Below are positions 40,901-48,715 of a stretch of 64,000 nt of DNA, piece after piece. Each line of letters opens with the position of its first letter. The stretch's first letter is position 1. Position numbers and translations under genes: made by a program. The stretch comes from a virus (Duplodnaviria > Caudoviricetes), in the IMG/VR virus record IMGVR_UViG_3300042393_000544, positions 34,114 through 98,113 of that record. The stretch is one strand, 5' to 3'. Under the pieces are notes generated by a model, which saw only the letters and a program-made list of their open reading frames with translations, made no database searches and was not told where the DNA came from.

Positions 40901-43613
40901 CATGATTGGCAGTCTAGATCGTGCCGTTCTGTACACTCGTGTCAAGAACACTGACTTCACCGCAGGGCTTACAGCAGCAGATGCCGAGCGCTATGGTCGG
41001 ATGTTAGAAGACAGTGATGGTCGGGCAGTGGCTTCTGTTGCAATGAACCAAGCGCTTAAAGCGACTCGTATCGGTACGCAAGTTGTCTTGTTAGGCAAGC
41101 TGGTGTTTGACAACACCAATCAAATGTTTCATGCCGTGAAAGACAAGTTTTCAATGGCAAACATCATTAGTCTTAAACATGATCTTGAAAAAGAGATTGG
41201 CACACAACGGGCGGCTAACGTTATTCAAGCGTACTTTGAGGCCAAGCGCTCACGTTCTATTGTGGAAGAATACTTAAAGCGTGAAGGTCAACTGGAGGAT
41301 CTGAAGACAGAGCAGATGGATCCTGCCACGCCCCCTGATCGTCAGCTTGATCTGTTGCAAAAGATTGCCGAAGCCGAGGATGATTTTAAGAACATTGGCA
41401 TTGCGCTTCAAAAGGTCAACATGACTGATGAGGCAATTGATGATTTCATCAAGCTAGAAGATACCTATCCGGTTTTAGCAAAGATGATGCAGAACTGGAA
41501 CTCTGTTAACAAGAACATGATTGACAATATGGAATTGTCACGCATGATTAGCAAAGAGAGAGCCGACAGCTTACGGGACATTGAAGACTATGTGCCGTGG
41601 CAGCGGATCATGGATGACCAAACGGACGTTCATGCCCCGATCTACAGCACCAAGGGTGTACGCAATATCTCTAGAGAGCAACGCTTCAGAGAAGGTAAAA
41701 CCGATCTGGACATTGATGACATTGTGGACAACATGCTCCATAACGTCATGGTGACTACTCGTAATGCCATTAAGAACTATGCGGCAAACCGTATTGCTCA
41801 AGAGTATGGCTTGCGTAATGACAAGAACAAACTCAAGGTATTTCCGAATGAAGATCATTCAAAAGGCATCGTTAAGATTCTTGTGAGCGGCAGAAAGATT
41901 AACATTCAGATTCCAGATATGTTGATTGCTCAGTCTGTTATTGGAATTGAGAATATTCAGATCCCAATGGGTAATATTCTTTCAGCCCTGTCCAATGGCT
42001 TGCGAAGGTCAATTACTTTCTCAGGCGTATTCCAACTTAAACAGTTGTTTATGGATGCGCCAACTGCTGCTTTGGTCACCGGAGTTAAGAACCCAGCAGC
42101 TTTATACGGCGGTGTGTTTGGTTCTTTTATCAAAGGATTAACGCAGAAAGACCCAGTAGTTGAGTTGCTCAAGTCATACGGGATCGGTGGCTATCACTCA
42201 AGCGCCAGAACGGCTGAACATCAATATCGTCAAGAGATTGGTTTGTTAAACAAATCGGCGTTTGCCAGAGCGACTAGCATTCTTGACCAAGTTGCGGATG
42301 CTTCTGACTTTGCACAACGGCGAGCCATTTATATTCGGGTAATGAAAGAGACTGGTGGTTTCCCTGTTGGGGGCGATCAACGCAAAGCAATCTTGTCAGC
42401 AACAAACGTGATCGACTTTGATAAGCGAGGCAACGGCGCAACGGCTCAATTCTTAAACCGCACCATTTCGTTTATGAATGCGTTTGCCCAACAATTAGAT
42501 GTATTAACTCAGGCATTAGCAGAACCCGTTGCAGGCGGGATTGAAGCCTTAACGGGTCAAAAGATTAGCAGCGTCAGCGGCGGCTTGAGAGGTGCGTCAA
42601 GAGCCACAGCTATTGGCAGACTGGCGCTTGTTAGCGGTTTACTTGCCACGACCTGTCTTTTGTACGCAATGGCAATTGGGGATGATGACGAATACAACAG
42701 GATGGATGACCAAACAAAGATGCGTAACTTTGTTATCCCACGCTCTTTGATGAAAGAGATTGGCTATGACCATACTCTTTTGATCCCCATGCGTACGACA
42801 GCCAGTTATTTCTTTAAAGCTATTCCTGAGTTGCTCTATAACAAGATCACCAAGGAAGGCACCAAGGATGAGGTTGATAACCGTCGGCTGCGTACGGCGC
42901 TTAAACATGGTGCCGTTGATGCATTGCTTGGACCATTAGGTTCGGGTCCAGTGCCGACTGGTCTAAAGCCCTTTGCCGAGATTGCGCTTAATCGCAACTT
43001 CTATACGGGTAGTGCGGTCACACCTCAGAGCCTGAAAGATCTAGCTTCTTTCCGTCAATACAACGGCGCAACTTCTGAGTTGGGCAAATGGTTGAGTTAC
43101 GCTAGTGGCTTGGGTTCACAAGAAAATCGTTTGTTAAATCCAATGGAAGCCGATCACGTTATGCGCGGCTTGGCTGGTTCTGTGGCTTCGATTGCAATGT
43201 GGGGATCCAATATGTTCTCAGGCAATAGAGCATCCTCAGAGGAACGCAATAACATCCTTTATGGCTCATTTATCGCCCCTGAAGTTCCAAGAGGTAGAGA
43301 AGACTTGTTCTACGATCTAAAGAGCCGATCTGATACTGCGTTGGGAACGTTTAAAGATTTAATGAAAAAAGATCACCGAGAAGAAGCCAAGCAGTGGTTT
43401 GAAGCAAACAAGGGTGTTATTCAGGCTTCAGGGTTTACGGCTGTTGCTGGCAAGGCTTTGGTTGACATTAACGCCAACATTCGCAGGATTGAAGATCTTC
43501 CCGCAACAAAGATGAGTCCAGAAGAGAAGCGTAAGCAGATCAACTTCTACAAAACCAAGAAAGAAGAAATTCTGGAACAGACCATCAAGTTCAGGTTAAA
43601 AGCCGGAATGTAA
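31980..43613 (+). CDS. Giant polyvalent protein (DarB-like): FtsK-gamma, adenine MTase, Strawberry-notch SF2 helicase, HExxH peptidase-like, LPD38-like
   Basis: ASISLVQRHFKIGYNRAARLLEQME (~33.5 kb); EPTAGNG/NPPFG (~35.3-35.5 kb); GDQTGVGKGR, DESH, SAT, STGISLHA, QMLGRVHR (36.5-38.3 kb); HELMH (~40.27 kb). Confidence 0.85.
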   Translation: MPSVNIPYVGVVEFPDTMSSEDISNVIKTQIIPNAPRPDALTAPPSTGAADTVQRTLYNTINAIPFVGQDLAERVAGKPMVAAGSAGKGLMALGNVLNESRLSTALEMYEARKGKYGQDYELATPEQKIDFADADKKLNQYLTENEAHKADLKAIEAKYGKDPLAKRVDSLEETPEFKKATGLQQAGMIGKELVKNLDEFPEYVMNLGLGSLPQSIAYALAARFGMAYGTRGAMVAGGGTSAMMEFGHQYVELREQGFDHEQANNKAVVKSGVIGAFDALSLKSAGKLAEQLFNNTAKKAWKETVKEVGKELPKQMAYGAAGEGFGSYLSNQPVNPRAIIEEALGETVSLPAEVAATYKGKREEIANAPPPPAAGVPPATPPPATNTSGLVDPNDLETAADPVLTRLQALLDKATTTGKPPSAREVNLLAKELNITPDKDPLKTIDSIVKNIFPTVPNGVLNQTPESPIVATTTTTVDGKDSVKTTREDGSVEIDGVLVTPPKTPKAPESTTAPDPMYQDAVDLVNKNNRASISLVQRHFKIGYNRAARLLEQMEKDGIVSAVNEKGYRDLIAKTEPIETTTETTTETPAETTTETPVETTVESTPVSFADLPQTSKDFIVDEARKLYQSREIVLPVEQSWDNLPNWKRELFAERAYSGGQDFVNDRDQVAKTLREVANLEKNPAAEVETPVEEVKPTEREQAITPLDMGNNTEYRVVKNDKGWAAVLFDKESDNVVGVTVWPFDKFGEEGSKQSAIDYAKAQQEKIKASLEPTEEISEEDQADLQAELDAEMTGTPVKTPAQINQERQAAQKAAAEKPAAPEPTPETPPAEKKTQAEINQERQATQKATTPAKPVVSANKVFTEDAAEKARALLKKKLGQLNSGIDPEVLQAGITLAGYHVEKGARTFSAYAKAMLGDMGEMVRPYLKSWYMALKFDPRSEDFSKDMDAADAVEKADVKSFKAEEAEELPKPKITLGINLLTPDGKFIIAEAIANHFIEGKGFKDINEARRFIADMAGTKIEAGTQSAKEADEAVEVGVVLAARDIAQNTKSPQEAYDKLVSLYNRQPNLAVRSSTSIRDQAYSTPAPLAYVASKLAGIDANTTVYEPTAGNGMLLIDSHLNNVKVTELNSSRYEMLKRVLKGAKVENRNALDYKPSLVDVVIENPPFGALGRTYESTNGVKTNQVDHAIVLHSLGSMKEDGKAVLIIGGSLADTEEGRREDYRGNQKRNFFYNLYKDYNVVDHFTVAGSMYSKQGASYPVDVIVIHGKGQSQRALPAAELPEQIKSYLELKGKLNEPSMVSRENGVSTGTDSGKSAAGDGKLQTVAGGAGRPSGETGVQGKKPTTGSGSGVSKNVTGDGGQPKSTGTSVGTGQPELDNKSKRNDNRVTVSDTTETQQPSSGKSVTGNEPSGVGGTSVSTGKRVESGLKDRRGQETETSHQVTYEPHSQAPSVGTLVPRAMAESIDNSISAVENEVGDVDEYVAAALNMDAEALKANFSAEQVDALVLAIRNAEAGKGFIIGDQTGVGKGRVVAAMIKYAIENGKVPIFVTEKPNLYPDMIRDLDDIGMGDELGLDTAKPKILITNGGESVPYTLIRDGEKGTKVELSLKLKAPKSGKDLDNLFKGMIEKESIGDYKVIFTTYAQLQTVRGKATERQRFIRQFGAGNYMIFDESHNAGGAGAKPNKARSSEQREAEGESEQTGRAGFVRTLVNAAFGTFFSSATYAKRPDVMDLYSSTDMKLAVDKISELADAIKNGGIPMQQIVANMLTKVGQYIRRERTFAGVSYQTQETKVDKQTAENMATSMRDILAFSRAKEKVVKEMQSELDKEGKRAGSEGEKTQIQSANFGGTMHSLISQMLLSLKAQDSIRHAIESLKNDEKVVLTVSNTMGSFLHDYALENEINVGDPVDLSFKDLYIRYLEKQRTIKIKPPSGDAVKYRLTDDDLGPVLTAQYNRIKNFIDTAGFGAAPVSPIDYMHNELRKAGYKTEEVTGRIATLNYESGIPILTSRISNINQRVNAVSAFNRGQKNGGVDVIILNQAGSTGISLHASEKFKDTRKRHMIIVQAEINIDTHMQMLGRVHRTGQVQPPAYSQMMADIPAEMRPAAVLLKKMASLNANTTASRKSAVTAEGAVDFMNDYGGQVAQEYLRDNPEVLEALGGKIVVELTDDPADGDEQDIRKLTGYIPILPISEQEEIYKDLIDRYNDLIERENSMGSNKLEAKAADLDAETLSSEPITPDRGDPSLFAQPAYMERVDVKRTVKPFSKQEVIDLTKKNLDGKTAQEKNTALFSGLQERVSEYTYKQIENLKEKEADPVRIEAAKGQIGLQLQHVKTILSNYRIGTPVSVKNNQGVFLYGVVTDLEQKNKTNNPVAGSDWKMQIALANGDAKSITINFSQIGSTYQLKAESYIEWYNPETQKGENIQLADLFDKGANVRREKRWMVTGNILAGFASPTVGNLGQIMSYTKSDGTTGQGVLMPRTYDFEKSKKDAPIRLTKASDALRFMDEVGGVVTSADNVLRIVKSGRNYLFSVPSSKKEGGTYHQDQKLTTLLRNDFYKTGSIMTARVYDSATAEQAIEYILNDRGDTLIAANPKEKAREMFAPPKATVTPSVVVSQEMKDRIAAVHKEKVAEHAAVRRNISKLQRAVVKGQVSIDVQRQLTELNQLAKELTEEKKATAERKDTPENFLNRALTEFNKGNISKDVLDVIQYVYNQSPSLLNGLKLSVTKGGKEAYNAAGVFDALNKIVRLYKESGAVNAGTIRHELMHSLEQLMDPQTRQALVEAWRASLEKAIRKNTDSISQRYFSAVLDYVNNPTEANFAAAMDVLPSQDMYQFINPSEYWAVNAEPMLAAKMGNPWKRFVQAIKQVMEGMKKIFGFDNRYTVYKTFNDLIKGEKPRTHNQMLVDMIGSMPQKTQFLYDVKDTDDLLAKHARNDAPIHTSNTNMDKLLGGAQEAKNIAAKAVKSPVLTTNNMIGSLDRAVLYTRVKNTDFTAGLTAADAERYGRMLEDSDGRAVASVAMNQALKATRIGTQVVLLGKLVFDNTNQMFHAVKDKFSMANIISLKHDLEKEIGTQRAANVIQAYFEAKRSRSIVEEYLKREGQLEDLKTEQMDPATPPDRQLDLLQKIAEAEDDFKNIGIALQKVNMTDEAIDDFIKLEDTYPVLAKMMQNWNSVNKNMIDNMELSRMISKERADSLRDIEDYVPWQRIMDDQTDVHAPIYSTKGVRNISREQRFREGKTDLDIDDIVDNMLHNVMVTTRNAIKNYAANRIAQEYGLRNDKNKLKVFPNEDHSKGIVKILVSGRKINIQIPDMLIAQSVIGIENIQIPMGNILSALSNGLRRSITFSGVFQLKQLFMDAPTAALVTGVKNPAALYGGVFGSFIKGLTQKDPVVELLKSYGIGGYHSSARTAEHQYRQEIGLLNKSAFARATSILDQVADASDFAQRRAIYIRVMKETGGFPVGGDQRKAILSATNVIDFDKRGNGATAQFLNRTISFMNAFAQQLDVLTQALAEPVAGGIEALTGQKISSVSGGLRGASRATAIGRLALVSGLLATTCLLYAMAIGDDDEYNRMDDQTKMRNFVIPRSLMKEIGYDHTLLIPMRTTASYFFKAIPELLYNKITKEGTKDEVDNRRLRTALKHGAVDALLGPLGSGPVPTGLKPFAEIALNRNFYTGSAVTPQSLKDLASFRQYNGATSELGKWLSYASGLGSQENRLLNPMEADHVMRGLAGSVASIAMWGSNMFSGNRASSEERNNILYGSFIAPEVPRGREDLFYDLKSRSDTALGTFKDLMKKDHREEAKQWFEANKGVIQASGFTAVAGKALVDINANIRRIEDLPATKMSPEEKRKQINFYKTKKEEILEQTIKFRLKAGM

Positions 43614-43938
43614 TTAAGTTCTTCACTTCCTCAGAAAAGATAAACGTAGGTAGGAATTGCCTATCGTTTATCTTGAGTGCGTCTGCTACACCATCTAGCC
43701 CTGCCTTGATGGATGCAACCATGTTGTCAGCGTCTCTATGGCGCTTGTCAGGTGGGTAGAACGTAATCTCTACCCTAACCCTTCCCTCTAGAACTAAACC
43801 CCGCCCTAGCTTCGCCTCAAGGCTTAACGCCCAACAGGTATGCCTGTAGCTCTTCTTAAACTTGGCTTTCTTCGACCAATGCAGCGTGGCATTTGGGTTT
43901 AACTCTTTTGGAGGCCAAGGTAAATGAACAATATTCAT
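43591..43938 (-). CDS. rusA: RusA-like Holliday junction resolvase
   Basis: LPWPP..LNPN, F.PPDKRHRDADN...K..LDG.....INDR. Confidence 0.75.
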   Translation of the reverse strand: MNIVHLPWPPKELNPNATLHWSKKAKFKKSYRHTCWALSLEAKLGRGLVLEGRVRVEITFYPPDKRHRDADNMVASIKAGLDGVADALKINDRQFLPTFIFSEEVKNLITFRLLT

Positions 43939-43967
43939 AGTAGATGCATTAAAATGGGTACAACCTA

Positions 43968-43996
43968 TTGACATGGGTAATTATATCGGGCAAAAT
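43968..43996 (+). promoter_or_regulatory. Sigma70-like promoter of the recombination operon
   Basis: TTGACA-17 bp-CAAAAT. Confidence 0.65.
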
Positions 43997-44025
43997 TAAT
44001 TCTCTTCAACTGCTAGGAGTCACAA

Positions 44026-44916
44026 ATGATTCTCACAAACAAGTTCAACATTCCTGAAACATTCGTTAATGTTTTAAAGCGTCCTACCTATAGTAAAGGC
44101 AAAGCAAACCTGTCAGTAACACAGTTAATCAATAGTCCTAAGATTGTTGCATTGACCAAAAAACACGAAGCCGAGATTGAACAAGACGTAAGCGACATGG
44201 TTTGGTCGTTGTTTGGTTCTGCCGTTCACAACATTCTAGAGCATGGGAAAGACAAAAACCATGTTGTCGAAGAACGGATTCACGCCGAGATTGATGGTTG
44301 GAATATCAGTGGAGCAATTGATCTTCAGGTTATCAAGCTCGAAGGGATCAGCGTCAAAGACTACAAGACCACTTCAGTTTGGGCGGTCATGAATGAAAAG
44401 ATTGAGTGGGAATATCAGCTAAACATTTATGCGTGGTTGGTTGAGTACGTCAAACAAGTACCAGTGTTAGATGTAGGCATTACAGCAATCTGCCGTGACT
44501 GGAAGGCAAGAGAGTCGGTTAAGGCAGATTACCCTGAAGCGGCGATTAAAGAGTTACCCATTGTTCTGTGGACGATGAAGCAGCGTGAGGATTTCATCAA
44601 AGCCCGTATTGCATCCCACTCAGCTTGTGAGTTTGCAATGGAGACTGATGGGGAATTGCCTGATTGCACTCCTGAAGAAATGTGGGAGAAAGCGCCTGTA
44701 TATGCAGTAATGAAAGAAGGCAACGTCAGGGCTAAGTATGTGATGCCTACTGAGCATGAGGCTGAACTGGCGTTGGCAGAAGTACAAGCAGAGAAACCAA
44801 AGGAAAAGTTTTATATCCAAATTCGACCCGGCGAACGCACCCGTTGCGAGAATAACTACTGCCATGTTAATCAATGGTGCAGTCAATACCAAACTTACTT
44901 AAAGGAAAAAGCATGA
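44026..44916 (+). CDS. PD-(D/E)XK (Cas4/RecB-like) exonuclease
   Basis: GSAVH, SGAID, DYKTT, QLNIY, C-terminal Cys cluster. Confidence 0.85.
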   Translation: MILTNKFNIPETFVNVLKRPTYSKGKANLSVTQLINSPKIVALTKKHEAEIEQDVSDMVWSLFGSAVHNILEHGKDKNHVVEERIHAEIDGWNISGAIDLQVIKLEGISVKDYKTTSVWAVMNEKIEWEYQLNIYAWLVEYVKQVPVLDVGITAICRDWKARESVKADYPEAAIKELPIVLWTMKQREDFIKARIASHSACEFAMETDGELPDCTPEEMWEKAPVYAVMKEGNVRAKYVMPTEHEAELALAEVQAEKPKEKFYIQIRPGERTRCENNYCHVNQWCSQYQTYLKEKA

Positions 44917-45215
44917 ACACGATCAAAATTTGGGCTTCTGAATACAGCATTAGCAAGATTGACCTTTCGGATTTAAACAATCCTGAAAACAAAGACCTAT
45001 TTCTCTTTAGCAACAGCAACATGAGCGACATTGGTTACACCCTTATCGGCATGGGCGAAATTGAGTGCAGCTTCTTTAGTCGCGCTGAGATTCAAAACAA
45101 TGCAGTTGAGGCGCTCAAGGGTGAGATTCAAGATGTACGAGCCAAAGCTGAAAAGAAAGTGACTGAACTGCAAGAGAAAATCCAACAGTTGTTAGCCATT
45201 ACCAACGAGGTTTGA
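44913..45215 (+). CDS. Hypothetical protein with C-terminal coiled coil
   Basis: ATG overlaps the previous stop; AAGGA upstream. Confidence 0.55.
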   Translation: MNTIKIWASEYSISKIDLSDLNNPENKDLFLFSNSNMSDIGYTLIGMGEIECSFFSRAEIQNNAVEALKGEIQDVRAKAEKKVTELQEKIQQLLAITNEV

Positions 45216-45216
45216 C

Positions 45217-45360
45217 ATGAAGACTAGACAAGAATTGATTTTGGAATTTATGTTGGCATTGTCGGCAGGAATTTACGCCACAGAGACACAGTGGGTAAAC
45301 GCAACCGAGGTTTATAACGATGCTTGTTTGTTGGCTGATGTGTACTTGGGGAATATCTAA
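45217..45360 (+). CDS. Small hypothetical protein (47 aa, not in the ORF track)
   Basis: MKTRQELILEFMLALSAG... fills the gap exactly; its stop overlaps the erf start. Confidence 0.55.
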   Translation: MKTRQELILEFMLALSAGIYATETQWVNATEVYNDACLLADVYLGNI

Positions 45361-46103
45361 TGAGCGTTTACAGAAAGCTACAGGCAGCACGGGCAGAGTT
45401 TTTGTCTATGCCTGTTAAGAAGTCCGGTAAGAATAAGTTTGCAGGGTTTGAATACTTTGAACTCTCAGACTTTATTCCTACGGTCAGTAAACTGTTTGAC
45501 ATAGCGGGTCTGTGCGGCGTTGTTCGCTTTACTGATACCGAAGCTAGTCTGACGGTCTACGATGCCGATGGTGACGGTTCTATCGTGTTCACAAGCCCCT
45601 TGGTCATGGCGGAGAACGCCAAGGGTCAGGCTATTCAGTCACTGGGATCTACACATACGTATTTTCGCAGATACCTCTGGCTACTTGCGATGGATATTGT
45701 GGAGGTTGATCTAGTTGACGCAGCAGCACCGTCAGAAAAGGTTGCACAACCTGTAAAAAATAAAGATGTGCAACTTGTGCAACCCACGCAATCTCCTATG
45801 AAAACCGTTGCACAACCTGAAAAAAATAAAGATGTGCAACTTGTGCAACCGAAGATTACAGGCAAGGAAGGTGGCTTTCAGATGGTGATCGATGCTCCGA
45901 CCAGTGAGAACCTTGAGGACTGGTTGAAATTGGTTAAGGAGTCAACCCACTTCCTGTTAGATATGTGCGAGAGCGATGCCGATGTAATGACGATATTTAA
46001 AAAGAACAAGGTTCTGTTCGATACCGTTAAAGCAAAAGACCCTGAGTTTTTTACTGAAATGATGGGCAAATTCACCGAAACCAAAAACAAGTTTAAGGAA
46101 TAA
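45360..46103 (+). CDS. erf: ERF-family single-strand annealing protein
   Basis: KSGKNKF..F.YFEL.D and Q.LGS..TY.RRYL. Confidence 0.85.
   Translation: MSVYRKLQAARAEFLSMPVKKSGKNKFAGFEYFELSDFIPTVSKLFDIAGLCGVVRFTDTEASLTVYDADGDGSIVFTSPLVMAENAKGQAIQSLGSTHTYFRRYLWLLAMDIVEVDLVDAAAPSEKVAQPVKNKDVQLVQPTQSPMKTVAQPEKNKDVQLVQPKITGKEGGFQMVIDAPTSENLEDWLKLVKESTHFLLDMCESDADVMTIFKKNKVLFDTVKAKDPEFFTEMMGKFTETKNKFKE
45741..45850. repeat. Two 44-bp direct repeats (66-bp period) containing inverted GTTGCACA/TGTGCAAC octamers
   Basis: 45741-45784 and 45807-45850 differ at one base. Confidence 0.9.
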
Positions 46104-46105
46104 CT

Positions 46106-46363
46106 ATGGCTTACGAACCAAAACCAAACACTGGCAGTATTTTTAAGAACACTTTCAAAAAGGAAGGTGACAAGCAGCCTAACTTAAAAGGCGACTTGTT
46201 TCTTGATAAAGAGTTTCTCTTAGATCAGATCAAAGCGTCCGAGGGTAACTTAGTTAAGGTACAGGTCAGCGCTTGGACAAACGAGTCTGAGAAAGCAGGT
46301 AAGTATCTGTACTTAAATGTCGGAGCGCCGTTTGTTAAGCGTGAAGAAGAAATCCCTTTTTAA
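46106..46363 (+). CDS. Small ssDNA-binding protein-like
   Basis: G.IFKN..K...QP...G; acidic EEEIPF tail; follows erf. Confidence 0.65.
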   Translation: MAYEPKPNTGSIFKNTFKKEGDKQPNLKGDLFLDKEFLLDQIKASEGNLVKVQVSAWTNESEKAGKYLYLNVGAPFVKREEEIPF

Positions 46364-46372
46364 GGAACGCCA

Positions 46373-46792
46373 TTGAAAACTTTACAGTTTGAGGCCATTA
46401 AGGTTGCGTTAAAGCAAGATAAGACTGGCTATGTTCTCACTCTGTCTATGCATCCCGACGATATTCCTGAAGAGTTACTCAGGGATTTTGTCGGCGCTAG
46501 ATACCAGTGCGTCTTGGTTAGGCTTAACGGCGATGAGCAGCCGATGAACACGGCAGAAGAGTTTGTAGGTGACAGGGCAATTCGTCTTGCAGGGCTTATG
46601 TGTCGGGATCCGCAGTTTTGGAAGTATTTGTATGACGATGAACAGATCTTTAATGAGGAAATGGAACAGGCTACTGAGTGGGTTAGAAACTATCTCAACA
46701 TTCCTTCTAGAGCAGATTTAAAGACCAATCGTTCGGCACAAATACTATTAGATAAACTTTACAAAGAGTATACGGAATGGAAAAAAAACTAA
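46373..46792 (+). CDS. Hypothetical protein
   Basis: AAGGA RBS; in operon. Confidence 0.6.
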   Translation: MKTLQFEAIKVALKQDKTGYVLTLSMHPDDIPEELLRDFVGARYQCVLVRLNGDEQPMNTAEEFVGDRAIRLAGLMCRDPQFWKYLYDDEQIFNEEMEQATEWVRNYLNIPSRADLKTNRSAQILLDKLYKEYTEWKKN

Positions 46793-47052
46793 TACCTTAT
46801 TCGGTATATCTTCCTGTCGAATATCACACAAAGCTAAAAGAACTGGCGAAACAACGTAAGGCTTCGGTTTTGATTCGTAACGCAATTGGAATGTTAATTG
46901 ACGGTAGTGATTCTTTTACAACTGGCTACAACTCAGGTCTACAAGATGCAGCCAAAGTTATTTATGACTGCGAAGAGGCTCAAATGATTGCCGTTAAAGG
47001 TAAAGACTTGGGTGTTGTTTTGTCAGAACGTATAGAGGAGTTGAAAAAATGA
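46777..47052 (+). CDS. Ribbon-helix-helix-like DNA-binding protein
   Basis: YSVYLP.E....LKELA......LIRNAI. Confidence 0.5.
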   Translation: MEKKLIPYSVYLPVEYHTKLKELAKQRKASVLIRNAIGMLIDGSDSFTTGYNSGLQDAAKVIYDCEEAQMIAVKGKDLGVVLSERIEELKK

Positions 47053-47267
47053 GCGAAGATAGTCATCAAATAGTTTTAGATATTTTTGAGTTTTTAAGGA
47101 CAAAAGAGAACGTAGAAACCAAAGTTATTTTGACTGGACTTTCTATGGTGTTGGCTACGATTGTTGCAGAGGCAGGAGTAGAAGAAGAGAAAGCGGTTTA
47201 TGCATTTCGCAAATCAATCTCTCATGCTTATAGACGAATGAATCAAATTGCTAAGGGGGTTCACTAA
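47049..47267 (+). CDS. Hypothetical protein
   Basis: GGAG RBS; ATGA coupling. Confidence 0.55.
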   Translation: MSEDSHQIVLDIFEFLRTKENVETKVILTGLSMVLATIVAEAGVEEEKAVYAFRKSISHAYRRMNQIAKGVH

Positions 47268-47479
47268 TGGAAAGTGATGAACTTCGATCTGCGTTTGCCA
47301 TGATGATATTGAATGGGATGTTATCTAGGCTTGATCCAAAAGATATTGATCCTGAAGAGGTATGGCAATTAGCGGACAAGATGATTGAAGCTAAAGAGCA
47401 AAAACCTACAGTAGGACTTCCACCAATCAAAAGACGAAAAAAAATCGTACAAGGAGAACAAGATGAAATGCAAAGTTAG
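47267..47479 (+). CDS. Hypothetical protein (LRxxFA...ADxM-type small phage protein)
   Basis: LRSAFAMMILNG...WQLADKMI. Confidence 0.55.
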   Translation: MESDELRSAFAMMILNGMLSRLDPKDIDPEEVWQLADKMIEAKEQKPTVGLPPIKRRKKIVQGEQDEMQS

Positions 47480-47696
47480 GATTGGTTGTAACTACGAACC
47501 CAAATGGTTTGAACGCAGGATGACAAGCGGTTGGTATTCAGGCAAGAATCCTCGACTGGATAACCACGGCATGGCATTGCAGTCCTGCTTGCTAGGCACA
47601 GGCGTTGCAAGTCTGTGGAAAACTAAGTTAGCTGTGTGCGCTGCGTGTGCCGTTGTCACGCTGTACTTTGCTTGGTGCTATGGGGTGTTCGCATGA
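47463..47696 (+). CDS. Hypothetical protein with C-terminal TM segment
   Basis: AAGGAG RBS; hydrophobic C-terminus. Confidence 0.5.
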   Translation: MKCKVRIGCNYEPKWFERRMTSGWYSGKNPRLDNHGMALQSCLLGTGVASLWKTKLAVCAACAVVTLYFAWCYGVFA

Positions 47697-47820
47697 TTAA
47701 GTTATTAAATTTACGCATCAAAAACACTCGCTATATCGTGCGTTGCGGGTTCTCAAAATCACGCACTTATAAGTGGCTACCGAGCGTGTCAATTGCCAAG
47801 ATTTATTACGGGGTGTTTGA

Positions 47821-48408
47821 ATGAACGACTCAGTAATACAAAGATTGGCTGATTTAGAAAAAATTGCATTACAAGCGGGGTTTACAAAAGCCGATTTTAA
47901 TACTGGAGCTTTGTTTCGCGTGATCGAAAAATTTGATGAACTAACCCGCATTGACCAGCGCATGAAACTGGAAGCATGGCATAAAGAAGAACTCAGAGAA
48001 AACCGTAAACGCTTAACAACAATTCGTGATTTAAGGAGTAACAAAATGAATGAATTTAAAATGTCTTTGTTGGATTATTACGCAGGACTTGCTATGCAAG
48101 GGATGTTAGCTAACCCCAAACTGCACGATCAAATACTTAAACAAGGGCAGTCATGGATTGAGGAGTCTGCGTGGAAAGTTGCACAAGCCATGATTAAAGC
48201 TAAAGAAACTGTACAGCCCTTACGTCATATGCCCCTTAAAGAATTTAAAGAGCTTTCAAATAGAACACGCAATGCGCTCTTATCAGAAGCGATTGAAACG
48301 TATGGGCAGTTAGTCGATACACCTGCGTTGTTGCTAACAAAAATAGTAAATCTAGGCAAGGTTGGGCAAGCTGAGATTGCTAAGTTACTTGAGCGTGGCG
48401 AAGGATGA
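47821..48408 (+). CDS. Protein with C-terminal RNA polymerase alpha-CTD-like domain (in-frame internal start at 48046)
   Basis: ELSNRTRNALLSEAIETYGQL....L.KI.NLGKVG..EI..LL matches alpha-CTD; AAGGAG precedes ATG 48046. Confidence 0.75.
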   Translation: MNDSVIQRLADLEKIALQAGFTKADFNTGALFRVIEKFDELTRIDQRMKLEAWHKEELRENRKRLTTIRDLRSNKMNEFKMSLLDYYAGLAMQGMLANPKLHDQILKQGQSWIEESAWKVAQAMIKAKETVQPLRHMPLKEFKELSNRTRNALLSEAIETYGQLVDTPALLLTKIVNLGKVGQAEIAKLLERGEG

Positions 48409-48481
48409 GTACATCAAGCGAAGTGATTGAGTGGGTCGGGTATTTCTACCTTGTGATCTGTTTAATTTTATGGGTGATGCT

Positions 48482-48715
48482 ATGAGTGCAAGCTTAACTG
48501 GAGTTAGCGTAGCGTCAGTGGTCACACATGCGCTTCACGCAACAATAAAAAACGAAATCAAACAGCGGTTTATTGAATTGATTGTTAAAGACATTGAGCC
48601 GATTCTCACAGAGTACACAAACCAAATTGTTACTCAGGTGTACGAAATGAAAGACCCGTATTCGATGGATGGGTTGAAGATTAATGTGACGTTTAAATTG
48701 CCGGAGATGAAATGA
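48482..48715 (+). CDS. Hypothetical protein
   Basis: ORF coupled to the next gene; start uncertain. Confidence 0.45.
   Translation: MSASLTGVSVASVVTHALHATIKNEIKQRFIELIVKDIEPILTEYTNQIVTQVYEMKDPYSMDGLKINVTFKLPEMK

Noticed and set aside
44026-44916. Cas4 as evidence of a CRISPR system
   Set aside because: Sits with erf and an SSB-like gene, the usual phage recombination context.
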